Virus record (IMG/VR): IMGVR_UViG_3300034158_000001
From: an uncultured virus (IMG/VR IMGVR_UViG_3300034158_000001)
Lineage: Duplodnaviria; Heunggongvirae; Uroviricota; Caudoviricetes
Length of the DNA: 64,000 nt
Direction: 5' to 3' (one strand)
Below are positions 53,172-61,956 of the stretch, piece by piece (the stretch's first letter is position 1; the number at the start of each line of letters is the position of its first letter). The position numbers and the translations under genes were made by a program. The notes beneath the pieces were generated by a model. That model was given only the letters and a program-made list of their open reading frames with translations. It was not told the origin of the DNA and searched no databases.

Positions 53172-53202
53172 AAAGCCCTGACCAGAGATGGTTGGGGTTT
53201 TT
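53172..53202 (+). terminator. Rho-independent terminator
   Basis: AAAGCCCTGACC agagat GGTTGGGGTTTT. Confidence 0.8.
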
Positions 53203-53222
53203 CTCATTTATAAGGAGACGCA

Positions 53223-53681
53223 ATGTACTACGTGTATGTAGGGTGGCTAGGTGATAAAATTATGTACATCGGTAAGGGTAAGAACGACAGAGACTTGCAC
53301 CTAAACTCTGGTTGTAGCCACGTCTACGAAGCCAACAGACTGCACTTCTTAGGCGGGCGCCTTGACGTTGAAAGGATTGCTGAAAACCTTGAAGAACTTG
53401 ACGCATTCGAACTTGAGACGCACTTAGTGCATGAGGCTAAACCAGCCTGGAACAAGCAGGCAGTTGGAAATTCACACAAGAAGAGTACAGCAACAAGTGA
53501 GTATCTTGGCGTGAGCTTCTACAAAAACAAGGCAGTAAAGCCTTGGAGGGCTTGGTACAAAACATCAAATAAGAAGCACCATATCGGGTACTTCAATACA
53601 GAATTGGAAGCTGTTCTGGCAAGGGATAACTACTTGAAAGATAACGGAATTATAGGCAGAATCAACAGCCCCTTGGCCTGA
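53223..53681 (+). CDS. GIY-YIG plus AP2-domain putative homing endonuclease
   Basis: YVY...YIGKG...R, E...P.WN; C-terminal SEYLGVSF...WRA...IGYF.TELEA.LARD. Confidence 0.75.
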   Translation: MYYVYVGWLGDKIMYIGKGKNDRDLHLNSGCSHVYEANRLHFLGGRLDVERIAENLEELDAFELETHLVHEAKPAWNKQAVGNSHKKSTATSEYLGVSFYKNKAVKPWRAWYKTSNKKHHIGYFNTELEAVLARDNYLKDNGIIGRINSPLA

Positions 53682-53710
53682 CGGTCTTGGGGCTTTTCTC
53701 ATTTCAGGGG

Positions 53711-53738
53711 TTGACAAAGGGTGTGGATAGTGTAGAAT
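53711..53738 (+). promoter_or_regulatory. Promoter TTGACA-N16-TAGAAT
   Basis: Direct reading, just after a terminator hairpin at 53667-53698. Confidence 0.8.
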
Positions 53739-53768
53739 CGCCACATAGACAAACAACGGAGAGTCACC

Positions 53769-53858
53769 ATGTACTTCAAATGTAAGAAATGCGGAACGTC
53801 TGGGTTTGCATGCTTCGGCCCTGCAACCGTATGTCCATTTTGCAGGGAGCCTTTGTAA
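53769..53858 (+). CDS. 29-aa zinc-finger micro-protein
   Basis: MYFKCKKCGTSGFACFGPATVCPFCREPL; GGAGAG RBS; TAATG coupling to next gene. Confidence 0.6.
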   Translation: MYFKCKKCGTSGFACFGPATVCPFCREPL

Positions 53859-54205
53859 TGAAAACGTTCAATAACCAGCTTGAGATTGGTAAACCTGCCA
53901 TGATCATTAACACCCGATTGCCAGAGAATCTGTTCCTAGTTGGCGGGATCGTAACTGTTGAGGAGTTTGCATCAGTTGGCTCTGATGTGTCCAAGTACTT
54001 TGATCTTTCAAATGGATCAACCATGAACAAAAATAAACACCCTAACCTTGTAGTTGTTAGTGGGTGTAAGCTCACTGGTAAAAGTGAGGGAGGCAATATC
54101 TCAATGCTTCCTAGCTACGCACTCTTCAGTGCTAAAAACCTGATGCCTCTTCCACCGCTAGAAGAGAAAGAAATCCAAAAAGAAAAGGAGCTTGAGTTCT
54201 CATGA
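53858..54205 (+). CDS. Hypothetical protein
   Basis: Start at MKTFNNQL via TAATG. Confidence 0.65.
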   Translation: MKTFNNQLEIGKPAMIINTRLPENLFLVGGIVTVEEFASVGSDVSKYFDLSNGSTMNKNKHPNLVVVSGCKLTGKSEGGNISMLPSYALFSAKNLMPLPPLEEKEIQKEKELEFS

Positions 54206-54420
54206 TCACTGAACATCAGATGTTTGACATGCTTGATGAATTGGAGCGGAGAGTAAGAGTGCGTGACTCCTCACAGAGTGTACGTCTGCAAGAAGCTAAG
54301 GGTCCACACGGGACAGTCTACATCGTACACATTGAGAACGCTCTGATGCACGATCAGTACGAAATCGATGCAGTGACCAAATCCTGGATTCGCAAGATTA
54401 TTGTACCGGAGCCGGTATGA
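54202..54420 (+). CDS. Hypothetical protein
   Basis: 72-aa operon ORF. Confidence 0.6.
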   Translation: MITEHQMFDMLDELERRVRVRDSSQSVRLQEAKGPHGTVYIVHIENALMHDQYEIDAVTKSWIRKIIVPEPV

Positions 54421-54533
54421 TCCCAAGAAATCCCTTGGCAGGTCCGAACAGACGTGTTAATGTACCGAAGGTAGAACGTGACCGTACAAAGTATCGTCGA
54501 AAACGAAAGCATAAAAGGAGAGAAGAATCATGA
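54417..54533 (+). CDS. 38-aa basic micro-protein, ArfA-like
   Basis: MIPRNPLAGPNRRVNVPKVERDRTKYRRKRKHKRREES; ATGA overlaps on both sides. Confidence 0.6.
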   Translation: MIPRNPLAGPNRRVNVPKVERDRTKYRRKRKHKRREES

Positions 54534-54712
54534 AATTTGACATCGGTGATCGCGTAACTGTTATCGGGGAAGACTTGACAGAATGGGTTGGTACTGTGAA
54601 GAAGTTGTTCTCGGCTGGCAGTAAACCAGCTTACTCCGTCGACCTCGATGAAGGTGGCGGAGTTGATATGAGTGGCTTGTATTTCGAAGAACACGAACTG
54701 GAGAAAATCTGA
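54530..54712 (+). CDS. Small SH3/KOW-like protein
   Basis: KFDIGDRV...GTV...Y.V...F.E.ELE pattern. Confidence 0.6.
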   Translation: MKFDIGDRVTVIGEDLTEWVGTVKKLFSAGSKPAYSVDLDEGGGVDMSGLYFEEHELEKI

Positions 54713-55044
54713 TGACACTTCTGCCACCAACACTGAATGGCAACATCATCACTGTAAATCTGGAAGGTCTGCACAATGTGTTTGCACTTGTTCAGCAAGG
54801 CTCCTGTAAGCAGTTCTCAGTCGTTCCAGGCGCGGTAGGGTATCTGTTGTCAACTCCAGTGACAGAGGCGTTCCAAGAGCGTTTCATTGGGATGGTTCAT
54901 GGAGCTAGAGCACGTGCGTCTGAAAAGCCTGACCCAAAACCACCAACTGGGGGTGGCAGTCCTGATGGAACTCCGCCAGGAGGAGGCACGCCGGGTAGCA
55001 CGTCTGTGTGGCAACAAACTTATACGGAGGCAAGAGCAGCATGA
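54712..55044 (+). CDS. Hypothetical protein with G/P-rich tail
   Basis: 110 aa, PDPKPPTGGGSPDGTPPGGGTPG. Confidence 0.6.
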   Translation: MTLLPPTLNGNIITVNLEGLHNVFALVQQGSCKQFSVVPGAVGYLLSTPVTEAFQERFIGMVHGARARASEKPDPKPPTGGGSPDGTPPGGGTPGSTSVWQQTYTEARAA

Positions 55045-55232
55045 GTATTTCATTGTTTGTTATAGTGAAAGACAAAACTACCTATGGCAATAGCATTTCC
55101 ACAGCCATTACCTCCCATGTGATTAAGTTCGAAAATCGTGCTGAAGCCCTTGAAGCTCAACAAGAGTTGCAAGATCACTACGAAAGCAGTAAGATGGTCA
55201 TAAAAGTTACATTACTGGAGGGAACTGCTTGA
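55041..55232 (+). CDS. Hypothetical protein
   Basis: Start MSISLF, GGAGG RBS. Confidence 0.55.
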   Translation: MSISLFVIVKDKTTYGNSISTAITSHVIKFENRAEALEAQQELQDHYESSKMVIKVTLLEGTA

Positions 55233-57106
55233 CATCTATTGAAATTGCAGAGAAGTATGGGATCGACCTGTACCACTATGGTAAGGTCGAGTGCCCTAAG
55301 TGTGCTGAGAAAGGCATGGACCGAAGTGGTGATAACCTAATGGTGTATGGCACAGATACTGATGGCCGTCACAAAGGTGCTCACTGCTTCGGTGGTTGTG
55401 GTGGTTTCACTATTCCGTCTGAGGAATGGCTGGAAGAAAATGGTGTGGTTGAAGAGCAGGAGTACAATATCGTGGGAGCAGAGTTTAACGAAGATATTCA
55501 CAACAAGATGAAGGAAGTGACAACCCTTGACTCTAAAGGTTATCGCGGGATCAAGAAGGAGACTACTAGCTTCTTTGGTGTACGTCATGAAATCAACACA
55601 TCAAGTGGTGATGTTGCTGTCCAGTACTACCCTTGCACAATGGAAGACGAAAACGATGCGGGGTTTATGCTCACAGGTTACAAGCGTCGCCAACACCCAA
55701 AAGACTTTAAAGGAGCACTTGGTGAGACTGGGCGTGAGTGTCAATTGTTTGGGCAATTCAGATTCCTGCGTCAACGCGGTAAGTACTGCCTGATTGTTGG
55801 TGGCGAAGTTGATCAGCTCTCTGCGTACCAGATGTTGGCCGATCAGAACGCACGAAGTAACGCACAGAAGGGTACAGCATACGACCCAACTCCAGTTGTA
55901 TCCCCAACCATCGGTGAGACTGGATGTGAAAAGCAGATCGTGATGCAATACGAGTGGTTTAACCGCTTCGAACGAATCATCGTCTGTATGGACAACGACG
56001 AAGCCGGTCGTAAAGCCACTGAGCTAGTTTGTAAAGCTCTACCGAAGGGTAAGGCATACGTCATGGAAATGTCCATGAAAGACCCAAACAGCTACATCTG
56101 GGACAAAGATAAAGGAGTTCCTGTAAACAAGGAGTTCAACTTCGTTCAAGAGTTCTACAAGGCAGTGCCATACACGCCGAGTGGTATTGTTGGTTCGGGT
56201 AGCTTGATGGGGCTGATGAAGGCAGCAGCGGTCATCCCTAAGATTCCTTTGCCAAGGTACATGCACCGAGTGCAAGACATGATGGGTGGTGGTATCCCTC
56301 TGAAGGTTATCGTCAACCTGGGTTCTGCATCTGGTACTGGTAAGTCCACGCACGTTGATGAATGTGTCTACCACTGGATTTTCAACAGTCCTCATAAGCC
56401 GGGTGTCCTGTCGCTTGAAAGCGATTGTGCACAGTACGGTAACAAGATGCTCTCTCGCCACATCGGCAAGAAGATCGACTTGATGACGGACCAACAGAAG
56501 ATTGCATTCTTCAACTCTCAAGAGGCTGAGGACGCTGCACAAGACTTGTTCTTCAAGGAGGATGGCAGTCACCGCTGGCATTTGATTGAGGAGCGTGATG
56601 GCTCTCTGGATGACATCAAAGAGAAGATCATGAACCTGATCATTGCATGTGAGTGCAAAGTGATCATCATTGACCCTCTTCAAGACATCATGGACGGTAT
56701 GAGCAATGAAGAGCAGGCTGTCTTCATGAAGTGGCTGAAAGGCATGGTGAAGAGCCATGACGTGAGCTTCATTCTGATCAACCACGTTCGTAAGAGCGCT
56801 GGTGGCAGCAAGGCAAACTCTGCTGGTGCTGACCTGTTCGAAGAAGACTTCCAAGGGTCATCTGCAATCTTTAAATCGGCTGCATGCAACCTGTTGTTCA
56901 CACGTAACAAAGAGTCTCCTAACGAGGTAGAGCGCAACATCACCAAGATGAAGATGACCAAGTGTCGTTGGACTGGTAATACAAGCCCTAACGCAGGTAT
57001 GTACTACTACGATAACGCCACTCACACTGTTCATGATCTTGATGACTTCCTTGACAGAAACCCAGCTATGAAGGCTGAGTATGAGGCACGTGACCGAGAG
57101 GAGTGA
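55229..57106 (+). CDS. DNA primase-helicase (T7 gp4-like)
   Basis: Zn finger CPKC, TOPRIM (GGEVD, DNDEAG), SF4 helicase (ASGTGKST, IIIDP, NHVRK, GSSAI, KCR). Confidence 0.92.
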   Translation: MTSIEIAEKYGIDLYHYGKVECPKCAEKGMDRSGDNLMVYGTDTDGRHKGAHCFGGCGGFTIPSEEWLEENGVVEEQEYNIVGAEFNEDIHNKMKEVTTLDSKGYRGIKKETTSFFGVRHEINTSSGDVAVQYYPCTMEDENDAGFMLTGYKRRQHPKDFKGALGETGRECQLFGQFRFLRQRGKYCLIVGGEVDQLSAYQMLADQNARSNAQKGTAYDPTPVVSPTIGETGCEKQIVMQYEWFNRFERIIVCMDNDEAGRKATELVCKALPKGKAYVMEMSMKDPNSYIWDKDKGVPVNKEFNFVQEFYKAVPYTPSGIVGSGSLMGLMKAAAVIPKIPLPRYMHRVQDMMGGGIPLKVIVNLGSASGTGKSTHVDECVYHWIFNSPHKPGVLSLESDCAQYGNKMLSRHIGKKIDLMTDQQKIAFFNSQEAEDAAQDLFFKEDGSHRWHLIEERDGSLDDIKEKIMNLIIACECKVIIIDPLQDIMDGMSNEEQAVFMKWLKGMVKSHDVSFILINHVRKSAGGSKANSAGADLFEEDFQGSSAIFKSAACNLLFTRNKESPNEVERNITKMKMTKCRWTGNTSPNAGMYYYDNATHTVHDLDDFLDRNPAMKAEYEARDREE

Positions 57107-57118
57107 TATTATAGGTGA

Positions 57119-57146
57119 TTGACAAAGGGGTGTGCTTCGGTACACT
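57119..57146 (+). promoter_or_regulatory. Promoter TTGACA-N16-TACACT
   Basis: Direct reading upstream of the polymerase gene. Confidence 0.75.
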
Positions 57147-57175
57147 CCCTTTAATTGTTTATGGAGGAGAGTTTT

Positions 57176-59440
57176 GTGAAACAAATTATCAACTGGCGGC
57201 AAGCGTCCATCGCTGACTTTGAGGCCGATGGCCTTCTTGATACAGTTACTCAAATGCACGTAATGTCTTACCAAATCCGCGAGATGAATGGAGACCTTTC
57301 AAAGGTATTTACGATTCGTCGCGACGATAAAAATTACATCCAACGTGTAGCGAAATTCTTTCAATATCACATTGACAAAAAGATTCCAGTTGTAATGCAC
57401 AACGGTATCGGCTATGACGTTAAAATGGTTGAGAAGATTCTCGGTCTTGACTTGTCTGAGCTTATGGTGGTGGACACACTGATACTTTCTTGGTATCTGA
57501 GCCCTGAGCGTAATATGCACGGCCTGGATTCGTTTTTTGACGACTACGGAATTGCAAAGCCAGTTATTGATAGCTGGGAGCAAGGAGAAGAGGAGACCCT
57601 TGAAGAATTCCTTGACCGCATGCAAAATCGTTGCCAAGAGGACGTGAAGATCAACGTTGCTTTGTGGGAAGACCACATGGCTCGCCTGACTGACATGTAC
57701 ACACTGGCTCAAGGTTTTATTGACTTTGGTCAGGAAGTTAAAAACACCAAGACAGGTGAAGTTGAAAAGGTTTTGAACGTTGGAGGAACTCGTATCTCCA
57801 GTGACGAGTGGATTCCTATTGATGACATGGTTGGTCAGGAAGTAGACACAGCAATCGACAAGATTCTTACATTCCTGATGTTCAAGATGGATTGTGCCGC
57901 TCTGCAAGAGTCCACTCGATGGGAAGTTGATGTTGACCACTGCCGTGAAGCTCTTGAGAAGCTTGAGGCTATCGTGCTTATCGCTCGTAGCGGCTTATCA
58001 GAGGTAATGCCGAAGGTTCCAAAGTATGTGAAGAAGGCTGAGCCAAAGGCTGATAAGTTTAAGAAGAATGGTGATCGCAACTCTCACTGGGTGAAGTGGG
58101 ACGAGGTTATGGAGAAGCTCAACTCTGGAGAAGTTGACGAAGAGACTGGTGCTCCGTTGGTCTTCATAAACCAAGAAGATGCACCGATTGAAGGGAAGCA
58201 AGCCTACCGTGTATGGCACCATAACGAAGAGCCTAATCCGGGTTCACCGGGTCAAGTAAAAGACTTCCTGTTCAGCAAGGGTTGGGTTCCTCAGACATTC
58301 AAGTATGAGAAGGACGAGGTAGCGTTCGACGCATGGATTGCTTCGAAGCCACAAGGAAAGGCTGACCACAGGCAGTGGGAACGTTGGAAAAATGCTCGAC
58401 CTGCTGAGCGGGCTATCCCACAAATCTCTGTTGGTGGTGATGACGGTAAAGAGTTGTGCCCGAGCCTGCTAGACTTGGCTGAAGAGGTTCCAGCGATTAA
58501 GGTGTACGCTGACTACAAGGTGGCAGAGAACCGCCGTAATGTGCTCCTGGGGTTCTTCCGTGACATGACAGACGGGAAGTATTTGAAGGCTCGTATCGGC
58601 GGGCTGACAAACACTCTCCGAGTTAAGCACCGTGAGTTGGTTAACCTTCCAGGCACTGACAAGCCTTACGGTTACGACATTCGTGGTAGTTTGATTGCAG
58701 GCGTTAGGCGTATTCTAGTTGGTTCTGATATGTCCTCTCTTGAAGATCGTGTAAAGCACCACTTTATGCTGCCTCATGACCCTGAGTATGTAGCAACAAT
58801 GCAAGCCCCAGATTTTGACCCACACATACTCATGGCGTTGACAGCTATGATGATCAGTGAGTCGGAGTTCAAGGCATTTAAAGCTGATCCGAAAGACAAG
58901 CACCCTGCCCACGTGAAGAAAGGCCGTAAGGATGGCAAGACTACAAACTATGCTTCCGTGTATAACGCTGGCCCTGCTAAGATCGCCCAGGCTGCTGGTG
59001 TCGACCTTGAGACAGGTAAGATGTTGCACACAGCCTACTGGGAGCTGAACTGGTCCGTAAAGACTATTGCAGAGGAGCAAGTTGTCTTCAAAGATGCACG
59101 CGGCATGAAGTGGCTGATCAATCCGATCAACGGTTTCTGCTACAGCCTGCGCTCTGAAGCTGACCGATTCTCTACCCTGGCTCAGGGCACTGGTAGCTAC
59201 TTTTTTGATATGTGGGTTGATAACATCTTGACTGAGCTGGTGCGTGTATTTGGTCTTAAGACTCTTACAGGCAGCTTTCACGACGAATGTATCATCTGCA
59301 TGGGGGATAGCCCAGCGAACCGTGAGAAGGTCGCCAAAATCATCAAGGACTCTGTCTATAAGGTAAATGATGATTTTGGACTACGCCGTAAGCTGGACTG
59401 TGATACCCAGTTCGGCCAAAGGTACAGTGATATTCACTGA
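57176..59440 (+). CDS. DNA polymerase, family A
   Basis: Exonuclease DFEAD/HNGIGYD; motif A DMSSLEDR, motif B RKDGKTTNYASVY, motif C FHDE; GTG start after GGAGG. Confidence 0.93.
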   Translation: MKQIINWRQASIADFEADGLLDTVTQMHVMSYQIREMNGDLSKVFTIRRDDKNYIQRVAKFFQYHIDKKIPVVMHNGIGYDVKMVEKILGLDLSELMVVDTLILSWYLSPERNMHGLDSFFDDYGIAKPVIDSWEQGEEETLEEFLDRMQNRCQEDVKINVALWEDHMARLTDMYTLAQGFIDFGQEVKNTKTGEVEKVLNVGGTRISSDEWIPIDDMVGQEVDTAIDKILTFLMFKMDCAALQESTRWEVDVDHCREALEKLEAIVLIARSGLSEVMPKVPKYVKKAEPKADKFKKNGDRNSHWVKWDEVMEKLNSGEVDEETGAPLVFINQEDAPIEGKQAYRVWHHNEEPNPGSPGQVKDFLFSKGWVPQTFKYEKDEVAFDAWIASKPQGKADHRQWERWKNARPAERAIPQISVGGDDGKELCPSLLDLAEEVPAIKVYADYKVAENRRNVLLGFFRDMTDGKYLKARIGGLTNTLRVKHRELVNLPGTDKPYGYDIRGSLIAGVRRILVGSDMSSLEDRVKHHFMLPHDPEYVATMQAPDFDPHILMALTAMMISESEFKAFKADPKDKHPAHVKKGRKDGKTTNYASVYNAGPAKIAQAAGVDLETGKMLHTAYWELNWSVKTIAEEQVVFKDARGMKWLINPINGFCYSLRSEADRFSTLAQGTGSYFFDMWVDNILTELVRVFGLKTLTGSFHDECIICMGDSPANREKVAKIIKDSVYKVNDDFGLRRKLDCDTQFGQRYSDIH

Positions 59441-59458
59441 TTTATTCTAGAGTGGGGG

Positions 59459-59486
59459 TTGACAGCAGCCCCCATTCCTGTAGAAT
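59459..59486 (+). promoter_or_regulatory. Promoter TTGACA-N16-TAGAAT
   Basis: Direct reading. Confidence 0.8.
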
Positions 59487-59517
59487 ACGTCAACACAAAC
59501 AAGCAAAGGAGGTACAC

Positions 59518-59694
59518 ATGGGCCGTATTATGAACTTCGTTGATCATCATGGTGACGTTGTTGAATTTGATTTGCTGGATGATGGCATGATGTTCGTCAG
59601 TACAAACGAACGTGATCAAGTTCTGGTGAGCGTCTCTGACGTTGCTGAGCTGTACCACGCTCTGTCTTACATCGTACCTAAAGACTTGAAATAA
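59518..59694 (+). CDS. Hypothetical protein
   Basis: Start MGRIMN, AAGGAGG RBS. Confidence 0.6.
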   Translation: MGRIMNFVDHHGDVVEFDLLDDGMMFVSTNERDQVLVSVSDVAELYHALSYIVPKDLK

Positions 59695-59704
59695 GGAGAA
59701 TAGT

Positions 59705-59992
59705 ATGGAACGCAATGAACCAACGGTAGGCACCGCATCCTCTTCGGCATTTGATTTTACTGGAATCTTTTCCAGTAAGAAGGGTAAGACTCCAGAGCAA
59801 CTGATGAACGAAGCTTTGGCTGGCTTCACTCAGGCTCAAGCTAACCTTGAAACCGCTCAAGCATCTATTGCTGTTCAGGTGGCTGAGCACGAAGCTGAAA
59901 TCGAGAAGCGTCAAAAGGCTCTTGTCACAGCCAACGAATCCCACTCTCGCCTTGGTCGAGTAGCTGAACGATTCAAAGAACTTCTGGCTTAA
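59705..59992 (+). CDS. Coiled-coil hypothetical protein
   Basis: 95 aa, TAAGGAG RBS. Confidence 0.65.
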   Translation: MERNEPTVGTASSSAFDFTGIFSSKKGKTPEQLMNEALAGFTQAQANLETAQASIAVQVAEHEAEIEKRQKALVTANESHSRLGRVAERFKELLA

Positions 59993-60045
59993 CAAGTATC
60001 CAAACTGTAGTATCATGAATATTCAAAATATGAAGGAGGATTCAC

Positions 60046-60438
60046 ATGAGTGAGGTAGTTAAAGCTGGCGTACAGGTTGTAGTCAAAAGCAAAGATCTTG
60101 AGCACGACTTTGAAAAAGGCGATGTAGTGACCTCAACTGGTCGTGATTTTGGTCCGCACCCAGATGGCGTATGGACTCAGTTCATCAATGCTGAGGGTCA
60201 TACCCAGTACTTGCTTGACAAGCACTATGACGTCACCACTAAACCTGTGCCTAAGAAGGCAAAAACAGTTTCTGCTGATTTGCCAACAAAAGCAACGTAT
60301 GCAGTAGTTGACGCTGCTGGTTCGATCGTCGCAACAGCGGAAGATCGTGACTATGCTCGTGAGCTGAAAGCAGCGCTCGGCGGTAAGCGTAAAGGTATTC
60401 GTATCTTTCAATATACCGCAGAAAAAGAGATTCGTTGA
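60046..60438 (+). CDS. Hypothetical protein
   Basis: 130 aa, AAGGAGG RBS. Confidence 0.65.
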   Translation: MSEVVKAGVQVVVKSKDLEHDFEKGDVVTSTGRDFGPHPDGVWTQFINAEGHTQYLLDKHYDVTTKPVPKKAKTVSADLPTKATYAVVDAAGSIVATAEDRDYARELKAALGGKRKGIRIFQYTAEKEIR

Positions 60439-60522
60439 TTAGCTAACAACGTTCTCAAACTCAAAGGGGCCGAACTGGCCCTCATGACCACAAGATGGTC
60501 CACTATATAGGAGATTCAAATC

Positions 60523-61539
60523 ATGGCTTTTAAAGCAACTGGTAGCACACAGACCTCTGGCGGTGACCGCAAGCAGGTTGACTACAACGCAATGAACCTG
60601 GAGGTTGTAGAAGCCGCTGGCACTCAGAATAAGACTCGCTCTATTCCAGGCGTCATTTCTGGCATTTACGACCTTGGCGAGCAGGCGCTTGACGACGCAG
60701 CAATCCCGGTTACTGATCCAGAGTGGCTGAAACGCAACCCATCGTTTGATGGTTCTGATGCTGCCAAGGAAGCAATCATCGCTGCTGCACGTCAGTCCAA
60801 TGCACGCTTTGAAGAGTTTGACGGTGTAGAGTGCTTCCGCTACGAACAGAAACCTGTTCAACAAGTGGCTGTGACTGTTGACTTCGCTCAGATCATGGTT
60901 GACAAAGGTAAGCACTACGGCGAATCGAAGCCGCTTCCTCTGCGACTGCTCTTGAACCGTGAGTTCAACAAGGTTGTTTCGCATCCTTACAACATCCGCG
61001 AAATGAATCACAACCAAGGCAAGCCTGGTAAAGCTGTATGGGCGTTCGCTAAGAACAATGGTCTGCATAAACTTGCAGAAGCTGTTGGCATTCTGGATGA
61101 ACAAGGTCTGTTCAAGAAAGAACGCATCGACGAACTGTTGGGCAAAGTTGCACAGTTCCAAGTTCGTGTTTACATGAAAGAGAACAAAGGTAAGAGTTTC
61201 TACACTGAGGAAGTTCGTCTGGCTGGTATCGTTCCAGAAGGCGTTCCACATCCAGTTCTGCCTGATGATGTTGTTCTTGCTTCTGTCGGTATGTGGGACG
61301 AAGGCAACGACAAGGACGCTGTTCTGCAAGCTCGTGCCTCGATCAAGAATACTCAGCGTAAAGCACTGAACTTCGTTGATCCAGAGACTGGTGCAGACTC
61401 GCCTGTTAAGGCTTTGATCGGCGAGGGCTACAACCCTGACGCTCCGAAGGAAGATGAAGCTCCAAAGGCTAAGCCACAGGGTATCACCCCTAAAGCTCCT
61501 GAGCCAGACGCTGACTTCGACGATGACGTCCCGTTCTAA
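60523..61539 (+). CDS. Probable single-stranded DNA-binding protein
   Basis: Acidic C-terminal tail DADFDDDVPF; in the replication module; strong codon bias. Confidence 0.65.
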   Translation: MAFKATGSTQTSGGDRKQVDYNAMNLEVVEAAGTQNKTRSIPGVISGIYDLGEQALDDAAIPVTDPEWLKRNPSFDGSDAAKEAIIAAARQSNARFEEFDGVECFRYEQKPVQQVAVTVDFAQIMVDKGKHYGESKPLPLRLLLNREFNKVVSHPYNIREMNHNQGKPGKAVWAFAKNNGLHKLAEAVGILDEQGLFKKERIDELLGKVAQFQVRVYMKENKGKSFYTEEVRLAGIVPEGVPHPVLPDDVVLASVGMWDEGNDKDAVLQARASIKNTQRKALNFVDPETGADSPVKALIGEGYNPDAPKEDEAPKAKPQGITPKAPEPDADFDDDVPF

Positions 61540-61555
61540 AATGTGAAATAAGGGG

Positions 61556-61584
61556 TTGACAAGTTCAGCCCCTTTCACTAGAAT
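61556..61584 (+). promoter_or_regulatory. Promoter TTGACA-N17-TAGAAT overlapping a hairpin
   Basis: Direct reading; AGGGGTTGA/TCAGCCCCT inverted repeat overlaps the -35 box. Confidence 0.7.
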
Positions 61585-61612
61585 ACGCCAAAGTTAATCA
61601 AAGGAGTAACAC

Positions 61613-61945
61613 ATGACTACTGCAATCCTCAAGAAGTTCGACGCTCTTATGTCCCACCTGAACTCGGAAGAGAATGAAATGGCGGAGGAGTTTCGTGAGC
61701 TGTTGAGCGACACAAAGAACCTTTACGTTCTGGTCTCCAACGGTGGAGACGGTAGCTGCTATCCCCACTACACTATGAATGAAGCGTTTATCAAGAGTTT
61801 GGAAGAAAAGGAAGAAAACGGGCAACTTGATTGTGAAGACTTAGGCTGTGATGGCGACGGTTTCCACTACGACACGCTTCGGGTTCCTGCTTTCCTGACT
61901 TTGGAAGATATGGGTGACAGTGACTGTGCCTCACAAGACGAATAA
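61613..61945 (+). CDS. Hypothetical acidic protein
   Basis: 110 aa, NGGDGS motif. Confidence 0.6.
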   Translation: MTTAILKKFDALMSHLNSEENEMAEEFRELLSDTKNLYVLVSNGGDGSCYPHYTMNEAFIKSLEEKEENGQLDCEDLGCDGDGFHYDTLRVPAFLTLEDMGDSDCASQDE

Positions 61946-61956
61946 GGAGTGACAAA

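Noticed and set aside
55229..59440. Intron or intein in primase-helicase or polymerase
   Set aside because: Both ORFs are continuous with expected motif spacing, and no intein C/HN termini were seen.
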